Assembly: GCF_006345805.1 (NCBI RefSeq)
Contig: NC_042999.1
Coordinates: 3,720,001-3,784,000 of the forward strand
Direction: 5' to 3'
Source: Octopus sinensis
Lineage: Eukaryota
Length of the DNA stretch: 64,000 nt
The notes beneath the pieces are model-generated. The model was not told where the DNA came from. It did no database searches and saw only the letters and a list, made by a program, of their open reading frames with translations. Each line of letters opens with the position of its first letter. Within the stretch, counting starts at the first letter, position 1. Of this stretch, positions 51,083 through 64,000 are shown piece by piece. A program made the position numbers and the translations under genes.

Positions 51083-51655
51083 TCTCACACACAGGTGCAG
51101 ACAATCTATTTCACATTCACAGCTGAATACATAGTCAAATATTGAACGTCTGTATTTCCAGATTGATGTTTTGTAATCAGCAGTATCTATCAATGGGTGA
51201 TTAAACTTATTGATTTCTGAGCGAGGAGCTGGGTATCAGAACTGTGATGTTCATACCCTTACCAAGAGTAATAACATTAAAAACAAAACAAAACAACAAA
51301 AAAAAGAAATGGGTAGAACCAGGAATGAAATTTGGATCTCCTCATATGCAGATCACAGGGTATTTATGGCTATGCTATGTCCCACCCCATAGAATTAGGG
51401 ATGTGATTTAGGGATCAGAATGATGTCATAACCCTTGACTGCTTAGATTATCCCCTAAATTATCCCCGAGGTTGCTTTTACTTTTCATCCTTTCAGGGTC
51501 GATAAATAAAGTACCAGTTTCGCACTGGGATTGATGTAATCGACTTAATCCCTTTGTCGGTCCTTGTTTGTCCCCTCTATGTTTAGTCCACATTTTGGAG
51601 TAAGTAGTTAGCATAGCCACATGGTCTACAGCAGATGCCATGTTCGAATTCTATA

Positions 51656-51980
51656 AGGTGCAGGAGTGGCTATGTGGTAAGACATTAGCTTCTCAACCAC
51701 ATGGTTCCAGGTTTGATGCCATTGTGTGGCACTTTGGGCAAGTGCCTACTATAGTCCTGGGCTGACAAAAGCCTTGTGAGTGCATTTGGTAGATGGAAAC
51801 TGAAAGAAGCCTGTCGTGTGTGTGTGCGCATTTGTCTACCACCACCACTTGATAATCAGTGTTGGTGTGTTTATGTCCCCATAACTTAGCAGTTTAGCAA
51901 CAGATACCTACCAGGCTTAAAAATTAGTACTGGAGTTGCATGGTGCCCCAGCATGGCCACAGTATAATGACTGAAATGAA
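51656..51980 (+). mobile_element. SINE family A (diverged)
   Basis: Head and tail recognisable. Confidence 0.75.
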
Positions 51981-51999
51981 ATTTTATACATATTCCATT

Positions 52000-52670
52000 T
52001 CTCCGTTCATAATTTTAAGTGATGTCCGTTTCTAGAGCGGGAATGTGGGTTGTATGTGTGTGTGAGGGAGTATGAATAAGTATTGTGTTGAAGTATTTAG
52101 CTATTTTATTTATTTATCGTTGCCTAGACGTTTTTATGTGTATGTATAGGGATATATATATAGGTGTGTGATTTAGTGTATGTATTTAGATATGGTTATA
52201 TATTATTAGTTATATGTGTATGGGTGTATATATAGTTTATTTTTTGTTTTGTTTTATATTTTATATTTTATATTTTATATTTAATTGTTGATAGGTTTAT
52301 TTTAGTTTATATATTGTTTATATATTGATTATATATGGATTATATATAGGTTATAAATAGATTATATATTTATATTTTTTCATTAATACTTTAATTATTT
52401 TAAAATTATTATTTTTATATTTTAAAATATTGATATTTTAGATTGGAAGTCCACCTGAAGATTGTCGATCAAGACAAGAAACAATTGTAGTGGCGGTTTT
52501 TTTTGACTTTTTATTAAAATTTTATGTATTGATTAAGTCTTTCCTTGTTTGTTTTGCAAAATAGTGGTTTTGTCTCTAATAATATTATATAATATTTTAC
52601 TATAAAATTGGATTTAATCCTAAATCTGATTTTTTCCCTGTAAATTTGGATTTATTCCCTAATATTTATT
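52000..52670 (+). mobile_element. PLE 3'/pLTR remnant
   Basis: AT-rich block containing a perfect minimal hammerhead and ending at (TA)n; PLE origin is inferred. Confidence 0.5.
52451..52493 (+). ncRNA. minimal type I hammerhead ribozyme
   Basis: CCAC-CUGAAGA-UUGUC-gaucaa-GACAA-GAAA-CAAUUG-UA/GUGG; all core nucleotides canonical; palindromic stem III ACAAUUGU. Confidence 0.85.
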
Positions 52671-52695
52671 ATATATATATATATATATATATACA

Positions 52696-53066
52696 TAGGT
52701 GCAGGAGTGGTTGTGTTGTAAGTAGCATGCTTCTCAACCACATGGTTCTGGGTTCAGTCCCACTGCATGGCACCTTGGGCAAGTGTCTTCTACTATAGCC
52801 TTTGACCAACCAAAGCCTTGTGACTGGATTTGGTAGATGGAAACTAAAAGAAGCCCGTCATGTGTGTGTGTGTATTTGTGTCTGTTTGTGCCCCCACCAT
52901 CGCTTGACAACCAATGTCGGTGTGTCTACATCCTCATAACTTAGCGGCTCAGCAAAAGAGACCAATAGAATAAATACTAGGCTTACAAAGAATAAGTCCT
53001 GGGTTCAGTTTGTTTGACTAAAGGCAGTGCTCCAGCATGGCTGCGGTCAAATGATTGGAACAAAGA
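52696..53066 (+). mobile_element. SINE family A
   Basis: Full-length copy. Confidence 0.85.
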
Positions 53067-53082
53067 AAATTAATTAAAAAAA

Positions 53083-53135
<53 letters not shown>

Positions 53136-53569
53136 GTATGTATATATATATACATATTTGCATGCACAAATGAGAGTGAAATATTTTGTTTAAATAAATG
53201 TCTCATGTTGTTGTTTAGCCCCAGCACAACCATGATCCCGAATAGCTGTCATCAAAAGGGTCCTTGCTATGACCATACCATAAATTTGTCAAGTGTATGG
53301 AGGACTACATTAAATAGTAAGACCATTTTTCTTTACAATGATTGGATGGAAATTTAGGGTAATTTGACTTCTATCTTTAGCTGTTTGAGTGGCTGTGTAA
53401 AGCCTCCTTCAGTGGGTTTGCTCATTTAAATGTATGTTAATTGAGCATCTGATAGATGTTTTCCATTTCTAATTAATATTCTGATCGAGGCTCATTAGAG
53501 TGTGGTTGATAATGGGTTCATGTAAGTATCCCGTATTTTCTATGTGCTTCTCTGATTACACACAGACAC

Positions 53570-53602
<33 letters not shown>

Positions 53603-53610
53603 CTTCTGCC

Positions 53611-53767
53611 CCGAGTGGCTGTGTGGTAAGTAGCTTGCTAACCAACCACATGGTTCCGGGTTCAGTCCCACTGCGTGGCATCTTGGGCAAGTGTCTTCTG
53701 CTATAGCCCCGGGCCGACCAATGCCTTGTGAGTGGATTTGGTAGACGGAAACTGAAAGAAGCCTGTC

Positions 53768-53840
<73 letters not shown>

Positions 53841-54052
53841 GTTTGTGTGTCTGTGTTTGTCTCCCTAGCATTGCTTGACAACCGATGCTGGTGTGTTTAC
53901 GTCCCCGTCACTTAGCGGTTCGGCAAAAGAGACCGATAGAATAAGTACTAGGCTTACAAAGAATAAGTCCTGGGGTCGATTTGCTCGACTAAAGGCGGTG
54001 CTCCAGCATGGCCGCAGTCAAATGACTGAAACAAGTAAAAGAGTAAAGAGTA
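53611..54052 (+). mobile_element. SINE family A (young)
   Basis: Near-consensus copy. Confidence 0.9.
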
Positions 54053-54682
54053 TTCCTAAACATCTCTCAGTGCCTCTCACAGTCTTGCAGTCTTCCTGAT
54101 CTTCTGTCTCTCTTCTATTTATGGTTCTTGTATCTTGAGAGTATGCTCCGATACATCACCAACATCTTTACCTTCCTTTCTGGCCTCCAGTGCAATTACT
54201 CTCGCCCACCCTGGTGTGTGTGTATGTGTGTGTGCATATGTTTTACACCTGTCTTAATGTTAGCGCTGTGTATATAAACAAGGCTATAATCCATATAATT
54301 TGGGTTGTTGCTTACATCATCATCATCATCATTTAACATCCACTTTCCATGGTAGCATGGGTTGGACGATTTTACTGGTCTGGCGAGTCAGATGGCTGCA
54401 CCAGGCTCCAATCTTGATCTGGTAGAGTTTCTACAGCTGGATGCCCTTCCTAACGCCAACCACTCCACCAACCAATCTGCCTTAAAAATATGCCTGACTA
54501 TTGAGATGTTCGTTGGGCAAAGGACCAGGGGGAAATATTTCCTAGTTTGGAAACAAGTGAGAATTAGAGATAGGAAGGGCATTTAGTTGTGGAAAATCTA
54601 TCACAGAAAGATTCAGCTGACCCCTGTCAGCTTGAAAATGTGGACACTAAGATGATGAGAATTATATACACCCACATATATA

Positions 54683-54912
54683 TATTTCTTTACTACCCTC
54701 AGGGGACTAAACACAGAGGGGACAAACAAGGACAGACAAAGGGATTAAGTCGATTACATCGACCCCAGTACGTAACTGGTACTTAATTTATCGACCCCGA
54801 AAGGATAAAAGGCAAAGTCGACCTTGGCGGAATTTGAACCCAGAATGTAACAGCAGACGAAATTCGGCTATGCATTTCGCCCGCCGTGCTAACGATTCTG
54901 CCAGCTCGCCAC
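54683..54912 (-). mobile_element. SINE family B
   Basis: Full-length copy. Confidence 0.85.
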
Positions 54913-55752
54913 ATATATATAAACACACACACACACACACACTTATATTGCAATGGAAACGAACACTCAATACACCCTGTAAATTGGTTGGCATTAGGAA
55001 GAGCATCCAGCTGTAGATAAAGCAAGCATTGAAGCAAAATGCGGTCCTTGGACCCATCAGATCCTGTTAAAATGTTCAACTCATACCAATACAGAACATG
55101 GAGATTAAATTACAATGATGGTATATATAATGCTGACCATTTACACAATGTAATGGGTGCTTCTGTTTTTTTTTTCATAGCAGTGTGTGTGTGTGTCTAT
55201 CAGCAACCACAGTATAGGTAGTCCATTGTTAGTGAACAATTATTATCCGCATTAAATGTCCCAAGTGGTAGGATGAAAAGTGAACTGATTGAGTTTAAAA
55301 TGTTGTGTTTGTCAGGTACCCCCTTAACTGGATATGCTTGAATGTGGAGGTGAAGTGTAACTACAAAAAAGCATATGTCTGGTGTTTTATGGTTATTGAT
55401 AACTTCTCACTTGCAACAACACTATTGTTGCTCTTATAGTGCACACATAAATCTGAAATGTGTGTGTGTGCATGTGCACGAAACCTCTGTGTGTGTGTGT
55501 GATTGTGTGCGAGCGTGTGTGTGTACCTGTTCACTTGTATGTGAAAGGTGTAAGACAACTGTGAAACAGATATAGAAAAGAAATAAGCATTAAATGAAGA
55601 GAAAGAGAAAGGGTGATGTAGTAAGTGGGTTGATGTAAAAGAGGGAAGGAAAAGAGGAAAGCTAGAAGCTATATAGAGAGTAAGAAGTAGGGAAGCGATA
55701 AAAGAGAAGAGGGAGGCCAATAGATAAATAGCGATAGGAGACAGAGACGTAT

Positions 55753-55786
<34 letters not shown>

Positions 55787-55959
55787 AGTGAGAGAAAAAT
55801 AAAGTGATAATCTATAATACGATTGTAAAAAGAAAAGACAGTATTATGAGGTGTAATTTCATTCCATGTGATGCTGTGTGCTGCGAAGGTGTTTTGATAT
55901 TAACACCAAAGTAAATGGTCCAAACACACGAGCAATATTAATCACAGACAAAGTACTAC

Positions 55960-56420
55960 TATTCACCAAGGCTTACAAACACACACACACGTGTGTGTAC
56001 TTGTATGTCAGGTGTGTGTGTGTGTTGTATTTTTATTTGTGCCTGTCCATCTTTCTGGCTTTTTTCTTTCACACATACATGTAGTGTGTGTGTGTGTGTG
56101 TGTACATGCTTTATAAAGGTATGTTTGTATGCTTGAACGTGTGTGTGTGTGTGTGTATGCATGCATAATAAAACTATGTTTGTTTGCTTGACTGTGTATG
56201 TGTGTGTGTGTGAGTGTGTGTACACACACATGCTTTATAAAACTATGTTGCATGCATGTGTGTGATTGTGTGTGTGTGTTTGATGTGTAATTGTGTGTGT
56301 GTGTGAGTGTGTGTACACACATGCTTTATAAAACTATGTTGTGTGTGTGTGTTTGATGTGTGATTGTGTGTGTGTGTGTTTGTGTGTATGATTGTATGTG
56401 TGTGTGATTGTGTGTGTGTG
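55960..56420. repeat. TG-rich minisatellite
   Basis: acacatgctttataaa(actatgtt) recurring among (TG)n. Confidence 0.8.
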
Positions 56421-57019
56421 TGTAAAATATGCTATTATATGAAGTGCTCAGGTGTACTACAACTCATTGGAATGTGTGTTTGTGGGTATGCATAAGAGAG
56501 AGAGTGAGAGAGAGACAGACAGACAGAAAGAGTGAGGGAAGAAGAGAATAAAGATGAAAGAGACAGAAAGATAGGGAAAGGATGAATGACAGAGAGAGAG
56601 AAAGAGAGTGGAACAAGCCTCAATGTATATATATATAGTTGCAGACTTGTATTAAGGCAGAGACAGTCCTGTGAATCCTCCAAGAGAAATTCTATCATCA
56701 TGAAAGAATGTTCCAGCTTATTCAATACCTATTTATGACTGCATATGTACACATCAAAGTTAATTGGTACATTTTTATTTTATGCAACCTTTGCATTAAG
56801 AAATTGCACACTGCAGTTTTATCTGTGCATCACACATTTTCCTGTAAGTTTATCATTGGCAGAGGAGAGCTAGGTGCAGGCCCGTTTATTCGTGTTTTTA
56901 ATTGTTTGTTCTGATACATTTATAAACCATTTGTTGGAGATTATGTTGTATAGCCCTAGGTTGAACTAGATGGAACAGAAACAGAGCCTATCATCAGATG
57001 TATCTAGATATGAACATCA

Positions 57020-57520
57020 TCATCATTATCATCATCATTGTTTAACATCCGTTTTTTGTGCTGGCATGGGTTGGACGGTTTGACTGGGGTCTGGGAAGTC
57101 AGGAGGCAGCACCGGGCTCCAGTCTGATCTGGCAGTGTTTCTACAACTGGATGCCCTTCCTAACGCCACCCACTCCGTGAGTGTAGTGGGTGCTTTTTAC
57201 GTACCACCGGCACAAGTGCCAGAGGAGGCTGGCAGCAGTCACGATCGGTTGGTGCTTTTTACGTGCCACCGGCAAGAAGCCAGTCAAGGTGGCGCTGGCA
57301 TCGGCCATGTTCAGATGGTGCATTTTATGTGCCACCGGCACAGGTATCACAACTACAATTTCCATTTGATATTTATTTTGATGTTGATGTACTTGACTCA
57401 ATAGGTCACCTCAAGCACAGCAGGTCATGTGCCACCGGCACAGAAGCCAGTCAAGGCGGCACTGGCATCGGCCACATTCGGATGGTGCTTTTTACGTGCC
57501 ACCGGCACAGGTATCATAGC
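57020..57520 (-). mobile_element. family C element with 4-5 internal units
   Basis: gtgccaccggcac...ggcatcggcca...gatggtgc repeats. Confidence 0.75.
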
Positions 57521-59429
57521 TACAAACATAACTATATTCCACCTATTTCTTTTTCAGGCATTGATATCACATTATCCATTGTGGCTTTTTTATTTTTTCT
57601 TTGTTTCTGCTTCTTAGAAGGTGGGGGTGAGTTGAGGGATATGTAAGTGTTGTTTCTAGTAAGCTGCACAAAGAAACATCAATGTTGTCAGCCAGTGGTC
57701 AGAGTGGTGCTTAGTCCCAGAACAGTCCTGGTCAAGTAGGGTTTATGATCAAAAGGCATTACCCCTTTTCTTACCCTATTTTTATTCAAATACATTGGTT
57801 GTGTTTCTATAAATTTTAAAGAAAATAAATGAAAAATTTATTTCATCATCATCATTTAATGTCTGTTTTCCCTATTGGCATGAATTGGATGGTTTAACAG
57901 GAACCAGCAAGTCAGAAAGCTATAACAGACTCCATTTATCTGTTTTGATATGGTTTCCATGGCTGGATGCCCTTCCTAATGCCAACCACTTTACACAATG
58001 TTCTGGGTGCATTTTACTCGGCACCAACATGGGTGCTTTTTATGTGGTACCTGCAGAGGTACGTTTTTTTCTGATTAGCTGAGTTAGAGAGTGGAACTGA
58101 AGGAAGTGCCTGTAAGCCAGGTGAGAATTTAGAGTATAGAGGGACAGAGATAGTGGTCTTACTATAGAGGAGATACTTGGCTACCCCAACTGGTGTTTGG
58201 AATATAAATTACATGAAACTTTAAGGGGGGGGGGTTTAACTTAGATCGCTTCAAAACAGGAAGTTTATATCATAAGACCACAAGTACTTTCAGGTGGATA
58301 GTTAATAAAACAGTTAAGCCATTAAGAAGCCAGAATGCTTTGTTTTTGTGGGTTTTTTTCTGTTCAGATCATGTATTCAGGTTTGTATTAACCCATCCGG
58401 CTTCCTGTTATAGTTGTTATTGGTCAGTACTGGTCAAAATGAACCTTTAGTGAAAGGCACTTCACATGAATGCATCTTATCTTACTTCAGACTGGTTCTT
58501 CGTTTTTCCTTTTTTAATGACAGTAAAATATAAGGGAGCTGTGGCTGCTATTTCTAGAGACTAACCAACCATGTAGAAGCTCCCTAACTGCTTTATGTTT
58601 TCAAAGACAGTGAGGGCATGATATGAGGGGTATTTAGCTGTTGTTTCTAGTGACTCTGTAGTAGAGACTGCCTGTTAGGCTTCTTACTCTAGATATCATA
58701 TCCTGTGTCTTTCATATCATCCCAGGTTGTGAACAAAGGTATTCCAGTCAAGATCATCGTGTCCTAAAAGCATGTGATTTGAGAGGCTTTTGGCTGTCAT
58801 TTCTAACAATTTAACATCATAGTGGCTCCTTCGATATTGCCATTCTTGGGTTTTGTATTGGTGCAGTTAAAAGGATTTTCATTGTGTCTTGTTTCACTAG
58901 AGTTTTGTCACTGGTGTTGAGACTAATGTCTCATACACAGACTTCCTTTTGATTAATTTAGAAAAATTAACAAAGAATTTATTAAAATAACAATCATTAT
59001 GAAACAGGTATTTAATTGGTGAGCCAGCAGAATGGGTTGCATGCTTGGCAAAATGCTTAGTTGCATTTCGTCCATATGTATGTTCTGAGTTCAAATTCTA
59101 GGGATCTCAACTTTGTTTTTCATCCTTTCGGATTTAAGCACCAGGGTCAATGTAATTGACTTACCCACCTGCCCTGAAAGTGCTGGTTTTGTACCAAAAT
59201 TTGATATCATTATTAAACTTTTACTTGGAAGAAATTTTGATGGAAGGTTTTAGATCAAGAGGCTGGATTCGTTCAACTAAAACTCTTCAAGGCTGTGCTC
59301 CAGCATGACCAGAGTCCAAAGACTGAAACAAGTAAAAGATAAATGATTGTCTCAACCGTCAAATCATAAGCACTCCATTCTTAGGAGTTCGTTTTAAAAA
59401 TTTGTCCCAAGATTTTTTATTTATTTGCT

Positions 59430-59860
59430 ATCATCATCATCATCATCATCATCATTTAACGCCCATTGTCTATGCTGGCATGGGTTGGATGGTTTGACTG
59501 AAAACTGGTAAGCTGGGGAATTGCACCAGGTTGCAATCTGATTTGGTATCGTTTCTACAGTTGGATGCCCTTCCTAACACCAACCACTCCAAGAGTGTAG
59601 AGGGTGCATTTTACGTGCCACCAGCATAGGTGCCAGTTATGAAACACTGGCATTGGCCACAACTATGATCTCACTTGGCTTGACAGTTCTTCTCAAACAT
59701 GGTATATTGTCAAAGGTCTTGGCCACTTGTCACTGCTTCCTTGAGGCCCAATTTTGAAGGGTACTTTTTACATGCCACCAGCATGGATGCTAGATATGCG
59801 ACACTGGTATTGGCCACGACTACAATTTCACTTGGCTTGATGGGTCTTCTCAAGCACATT
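59430..59860 (-). mobile_element. family C element (diverged)
   Basis: (CAT)n plus core plus two diverged units. Confidence 0.65.
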
Positions 59861-60265
59861 TATAGAAAACGTGTAGAGATAACATTAAAATGTGATTTAG
59901 TAGCACTGCTAACACAACTAGGACATAGTAATGACTTTTAAGCCTTTAATATACTTTGTAGTCTATTATGGTTGCATACAGTGTCCCTAACATCAATTAA
60001 TATGTGGTTGGTGTTAGGAAGGGCATCCAGCTGTAGAAAACTTGCCAAATCTGATTGGAGCCTGGTGCAGCTTTCCAGCTTGATTGCCCTCAATCAAACC
60101 ATCCGACCCATGCCAGCATAGAAAGTGGACGTGAAACAATGATGATGATGATGTACCAGTTACCAGGAATGTGTTTTGCATATAAAATTGGTATCTCCAA
60201 TTGTGTTATACCATTAAACTTAATGGTTAGTTAAGTAATGTGTATGTGGATGGTTAATGGGGTCA

Positions 60266-60313
60266 GTGTGGTACTGAAGAGTGATCAAGAACACCTGAAA
60301 TATGTATATACAC
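60266..60313 (+). ncRNA. decayed minimal type I hammerhead
   Basis: GUGUGGUA-CUGAAGA-GUG-aucaagaa-CAC-cu-GAAA-UAUG-UA/UAUACAC; two extra nt before GAAA. Confidence 0.4.
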
Positions 60314-60929
60314 TCATTATTATTTTTATATTTTTTATAGCATTGTTTCCATAGACATATTCATGTATGTAACATTGTAACTTCTAAAGATGGTTCTAAA
60401 TTCTATATATTTTCATATCACTTCTGTATCAGCTTCTCTTCCTGGGAGCAGTTTCATCACTCATAACTCACTCAATTGCCTTTCTCTCATCACTTCTATT
60501 TATTGTGTCTAACACCACAGGCCTTTCATTAACCATTACCTTCAGTCCTTCTTCCCCAGAACATCAATCCTCCGGACCTCCCTCCTTGCTCATATCTTAC
60601 CTGTGTATATGCATTGACTTGCGACAGTTTAAGCAGAGCCTTAACATCAACAGTGTCATTAGTTAGGGGGCCTGTGAAAGGGTTTTACACCTTCCTCCAG
60701 ATCTAACAAGAACTTGAAATTTTACTTTTCAATAGCTTTATCAAAGAAGAAAAGCGACGCTAATGAGCCCCCATCTTTGACAGATAAGATGAATTGCTTT
60801 CAGATAACAAATGAAAAACGCTTTGAATATCCTCCTGAAAAGTTTCATTGCTAAAACGAATGTCCATAGAAATATTTTGGACTAATTTGAAACATTACAT
60901 TTCCATACCTATCTGATTTGATTGATGGA

Positions 60930-60931
60930 CA

Positions 60932-60965
<34 letters not shown>

Positions 60966-60984
60966 GTAATAATGATAATAATAA

Positions 60985-61015
<31 letters not shown>

Positions 61016-61062
61016 AAAAATAATAACAATAACAATAATAATTATTATTATTATTATTATTA

Positions 61063-61098
<36 letters not shown>
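60930..61098. repeat. (AAT)n switching to (ATT)n microsatellite
   Basis: Direct inspection. Confidence 0.95.
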
Positions 61099-61099
<1 letters not shown>

Positions 61100-61725
61100 G
61101 TTATGTTTGACCTTTGCTTTACATTTGTACAAGTTGGCTCCAAATCTCACCCAGAGACCTCAAGGTACAACTTAGAAGTTCATCTTGGTGTTATGCCTAG
61201 GGTGCCATATATTTGGTTTTGTACTTAGTGTTGTTCTAGAGAATGTTTGAGAAACCATAAGAAAATTATTATTATTAATATTATTATTCAGTAGTTTTAT
61301 TTTTTATAGCGTGCTTTCACTTCACTACCGAGCGCAGCTCTGTGTGCCTTGGGTATGTGCTGTGGTTTGTTGTGATGCTCTGGTGGTTATTGTATGGAAA
61401 GTGTTCTGCGTAGGATGTGTGCAGTGCCCAGTAGTGTAATTTTCTGTATGTTATATGTGTTTGTAAGTCCTGGTGTCTTTGTTATGTATTTGTCTGAATA
61501 TTTTTTTATCATGCCTAATGCACCTGCTATGATAGGAATTGTTTCTGTTTTTAGATTCTACATTCTGGTTACCTCTATTTCCAGGTCTTTGTATTTTGAA
61601 AGTTTCTCCATTTCTTTTAGAGACATGTTGTCATCTGCCGGTATTGATACATCAATTAGAAAGCATTTTTTTTCTTCATGATCTTTGACAACTATATCTG
61701 GTCTGTTGGCCTTAATTTCTCTATA
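61098..61725 (-). mobile_element. R4/Dong-type (restriction-like endonuclease) non-LTR retrotransposon 3' fragment
   Basis: REIKANRPDIVVKDHEEKKCFLIDVSIPADDNMSLKEMEKLSKYKDLEIEVTRM*NLKTETIPIIAGALG; flanked by (TAA)n on both sides. Confidence 0.85.
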
Positions 61726-61726
61726 C

Positions 61727-61775
<49 letters not shown>

Positions 61776-62403
61776 CTTGCGTTTGTTTTGATATTTAAGA
61801 TTGAAAAATATCAATCCTATTTGTAAAAAGTGTTGGACCTGGGTTTGTACCCCCACCTAAGCAAATTTCATTCCTGTACTTATGGTCAACAGTGTGGGAT
61901 TAACTAAATGAAAACAAGGGTTCATTTTGGGTGTTAAACTGGGTGGTCTATTAAGTTTTACACCTTGTTATATTATCACTCAAATTACAGATAGTTATAG
62001 GATTTCTAAAGCAGGATGTCCCCACTCCCATTCCCCAACATACAAACACAATTGTTTGTCTAGCTAATATTTATAAATACATAATAAGGAAGTGAGCCAA
62101 ATGCCTAACGGCGTTTACTTTGTCTTTATGTTCTGGGTTCAAATTTCGCTGCAGTCAGCTTTACCTTTCATCTTTTTGGGTTCAAGAAAAATTACATACT
62201 AGACAAGAACCAAGTTGACAGTATTGACAGACCCTCCAAAATTGCTGGCCTTGTGCCTAAATGAGGACCCATTTATGTTCTGAACTCAGATCATAAAGAG
62301 CCAGAAGAAATTCTACAAAGAATTCTTTTTTCTTTTCTTTTTCTTTTTACTGCCCATTAACAATTCTGTTAATCAACGATCCTAATGATAATTCCTTCTA
62401 CTA

Positions 62404-62800
62404 TAGGTGCTGGAGTGGCTGTGTGATAAGAAGCTTGCTTACCAACCACATGGTTCCAGGTTCAGTCTCATTGTGTGACACCTTGGGCAAGTATCTTCTA
62501 TAGCCTCAGGCTGACCAAAACCTTGTGAATGGATTTGGTAGACGGAAACTGAAAGAAGCCCATCGTGTATATATATATGTGTGTGTGTGTGTGTGCATGA
62601 GTGTCTGTATTTGTCCCACCAATATCGCTTGACAACTGATGCTGGTGTGTTTACGTCCCCGTAACTTAGCGGTCCAGCAAAAGAGACCGATAGAATAAGT
62701 ACTAGGCTTACAAAGAATAAGTTCTGGGGTCGATTTGCTCAACTAAATGCAGAGCTCCAGCATGGCCACAGTCAAATGACTGAAACAAATAAAAGAATAT
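62404..62800 (+). mobile_element. SINE family A
   Basis: Full-length copy. Confidence 0.85.
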
Positions 62801-62811
62801 AGGTACAAGGC

Positions 62812-63289
62812 CTGAAATTTGGTAAGAGGGTAGGGTCAAGTTGATTACACTGACCTCAGTGCTCAACTAGTATTTACTTTATTGACACCCTTCCAAAATA
62901 TTGAAAGGCAATGTCAACCTGAGCTGGATTTGAACTCAGAATGTAAAGCTGGAAGAAATGGTAGTCAGCATTTTGCCCAGCGTGCTAATGATTCTGCCAG
63001 CTTAGTAGTAGTAGTAGTAGTAGTAGTATAGTAGTAGTAGTAGTAGTAGTAACGGTTTTGAATTTTGTCACATGGCCAACAAGTTTGGGAGCAGGGGAGG
63101 GTGGGGTGCTGGTCAGTTACATTGACCCCTACCCCCACCCAGTGCTCAGCCGGTACTCATTTCATTGACCCTGAAAAGATGAAAGGCAAAGTTGACCTTG
63201 GGGGCATTGGAACCCAGAATGTAAAGTGTGAAGATAAGCCGCTAAGCATTTTACCTGGCGTGCTAACGATTCTGCCAGCTCACCACCTT

Positions 63290-63320
<31 letters not shown>

Positions 63321-63545
63321 ATAATAATAATAATGATCCTTTCTACTATAAGCACAAGGCCTGAAATTTTGGGGGCAGGGGCCAGTCGATTACATTGACC
63401 CCCAGTGCTCAACTGGTTTATATTTCTTCGACCCCGGAAACATGAAAGGCAAAGTTGACCTCAATGGCATTTGAACTCAAAACATAAAGTGCCACTAATT
63501 ATTTTGCCCGGTGTGCTAACGATTCTGCCAGCACACCACCTTAAC
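62812..63545 (-). mobile_element. three tandem diverged SINE B copies
   Basis: tgaaaggcaa.gt..acct...atttgaactca...gtgctaa.gattctgccagc repeated, separated by (TAG)n and (AAC)n. Confidence 0.7.
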
Positions 63546-63577
63546 AATGATTATGATGACGATAATAATACTACTAC

Positions 63578-63608
<31 letters not shown>

Positions 63609-63733
63609 TAGCACTATGTGTATTTGATGGTGTTTAGAGATATATTTATGTAGGCGTGGCTGTTTTTAACTTGTCAGTATGTTTTAACTACTCCTACTGC
63701 TAATACTACAACTGTTGTCGTTGCTGCTGCTGT

Positions 63734-63773
<40 letters not shown>

Positions 63774-64000
63774 ATTGTAATTATGTATTGTTATTGTTGT
63801 TAATATAGATGCAATGTTTTTTTTTTGTTTTTTAAAATCTCACTTCTTAGCGTTGCTGTTATATAAGGTTGTCTATGCAGTTTTGTTGTCATACAGTATT
63901 TGCTGTAGTAGTAGTAGTAGCAGTAGTAGTAGTAGTAGTGGTGGTGGTGGTGGTGGTGGTGGTGGTGGTGGTGGTGGTTACTGTCATTGTAGAGAGTTGA

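Noticed and set aside
60851-61175. Poly-Ile ORFs, and likewise the YI/HT/LS-repeat ORFs throughout the track
   Set aside because: These are translations of microsatellites and SINE-internal tracts.

Overview
AT-rich, repeat-dense eukaryotic DNA. The SINE/LINE families and (AT)n/(CAT)n tracts look like an octopus genome (my recognition, not database-verified). I find no confidently supportable host gene, rRNA, tRNA gene or CRISPR array; most supplied ORFs are microsatellite or SINE artefacts. Recognisable coding remnants are all retroelements: a young Neptune-type Penelope-like element (PLE; RT plus GIY-YIG, 19724-22604, with an ~870-bp inverted copy of its 3' end at its 5' end), and CR1, RTE and R4/Dong LINE fragments. 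There are also many tRNA-derived SINEs and several MITEs. The main unexplained signal is a set of self-cleaving ribozyme motifs. (1) A ~474-bp unit in 3.1 tandem copies plus one inverted copy (15274-17242), each with a type I hammerhead, resembling a non-LTR retrozyme/circRNA cassette. (2) A hammerhead whose three strands are in non-circularly permuted order, conserved in two diverged copies (19068-19134, 49723-49789). (3) A U3-A8 covariant minimal hammerhead in the PLE 3' end. (4) Further type I hammerheads at 15116-15197 and 52451-52493, decayed ones, and a possible decayed HDV-like ribozyme. All folds were done by eye and no activity is demonstrated. Boundaries of SINE/LINE copies are approximate.
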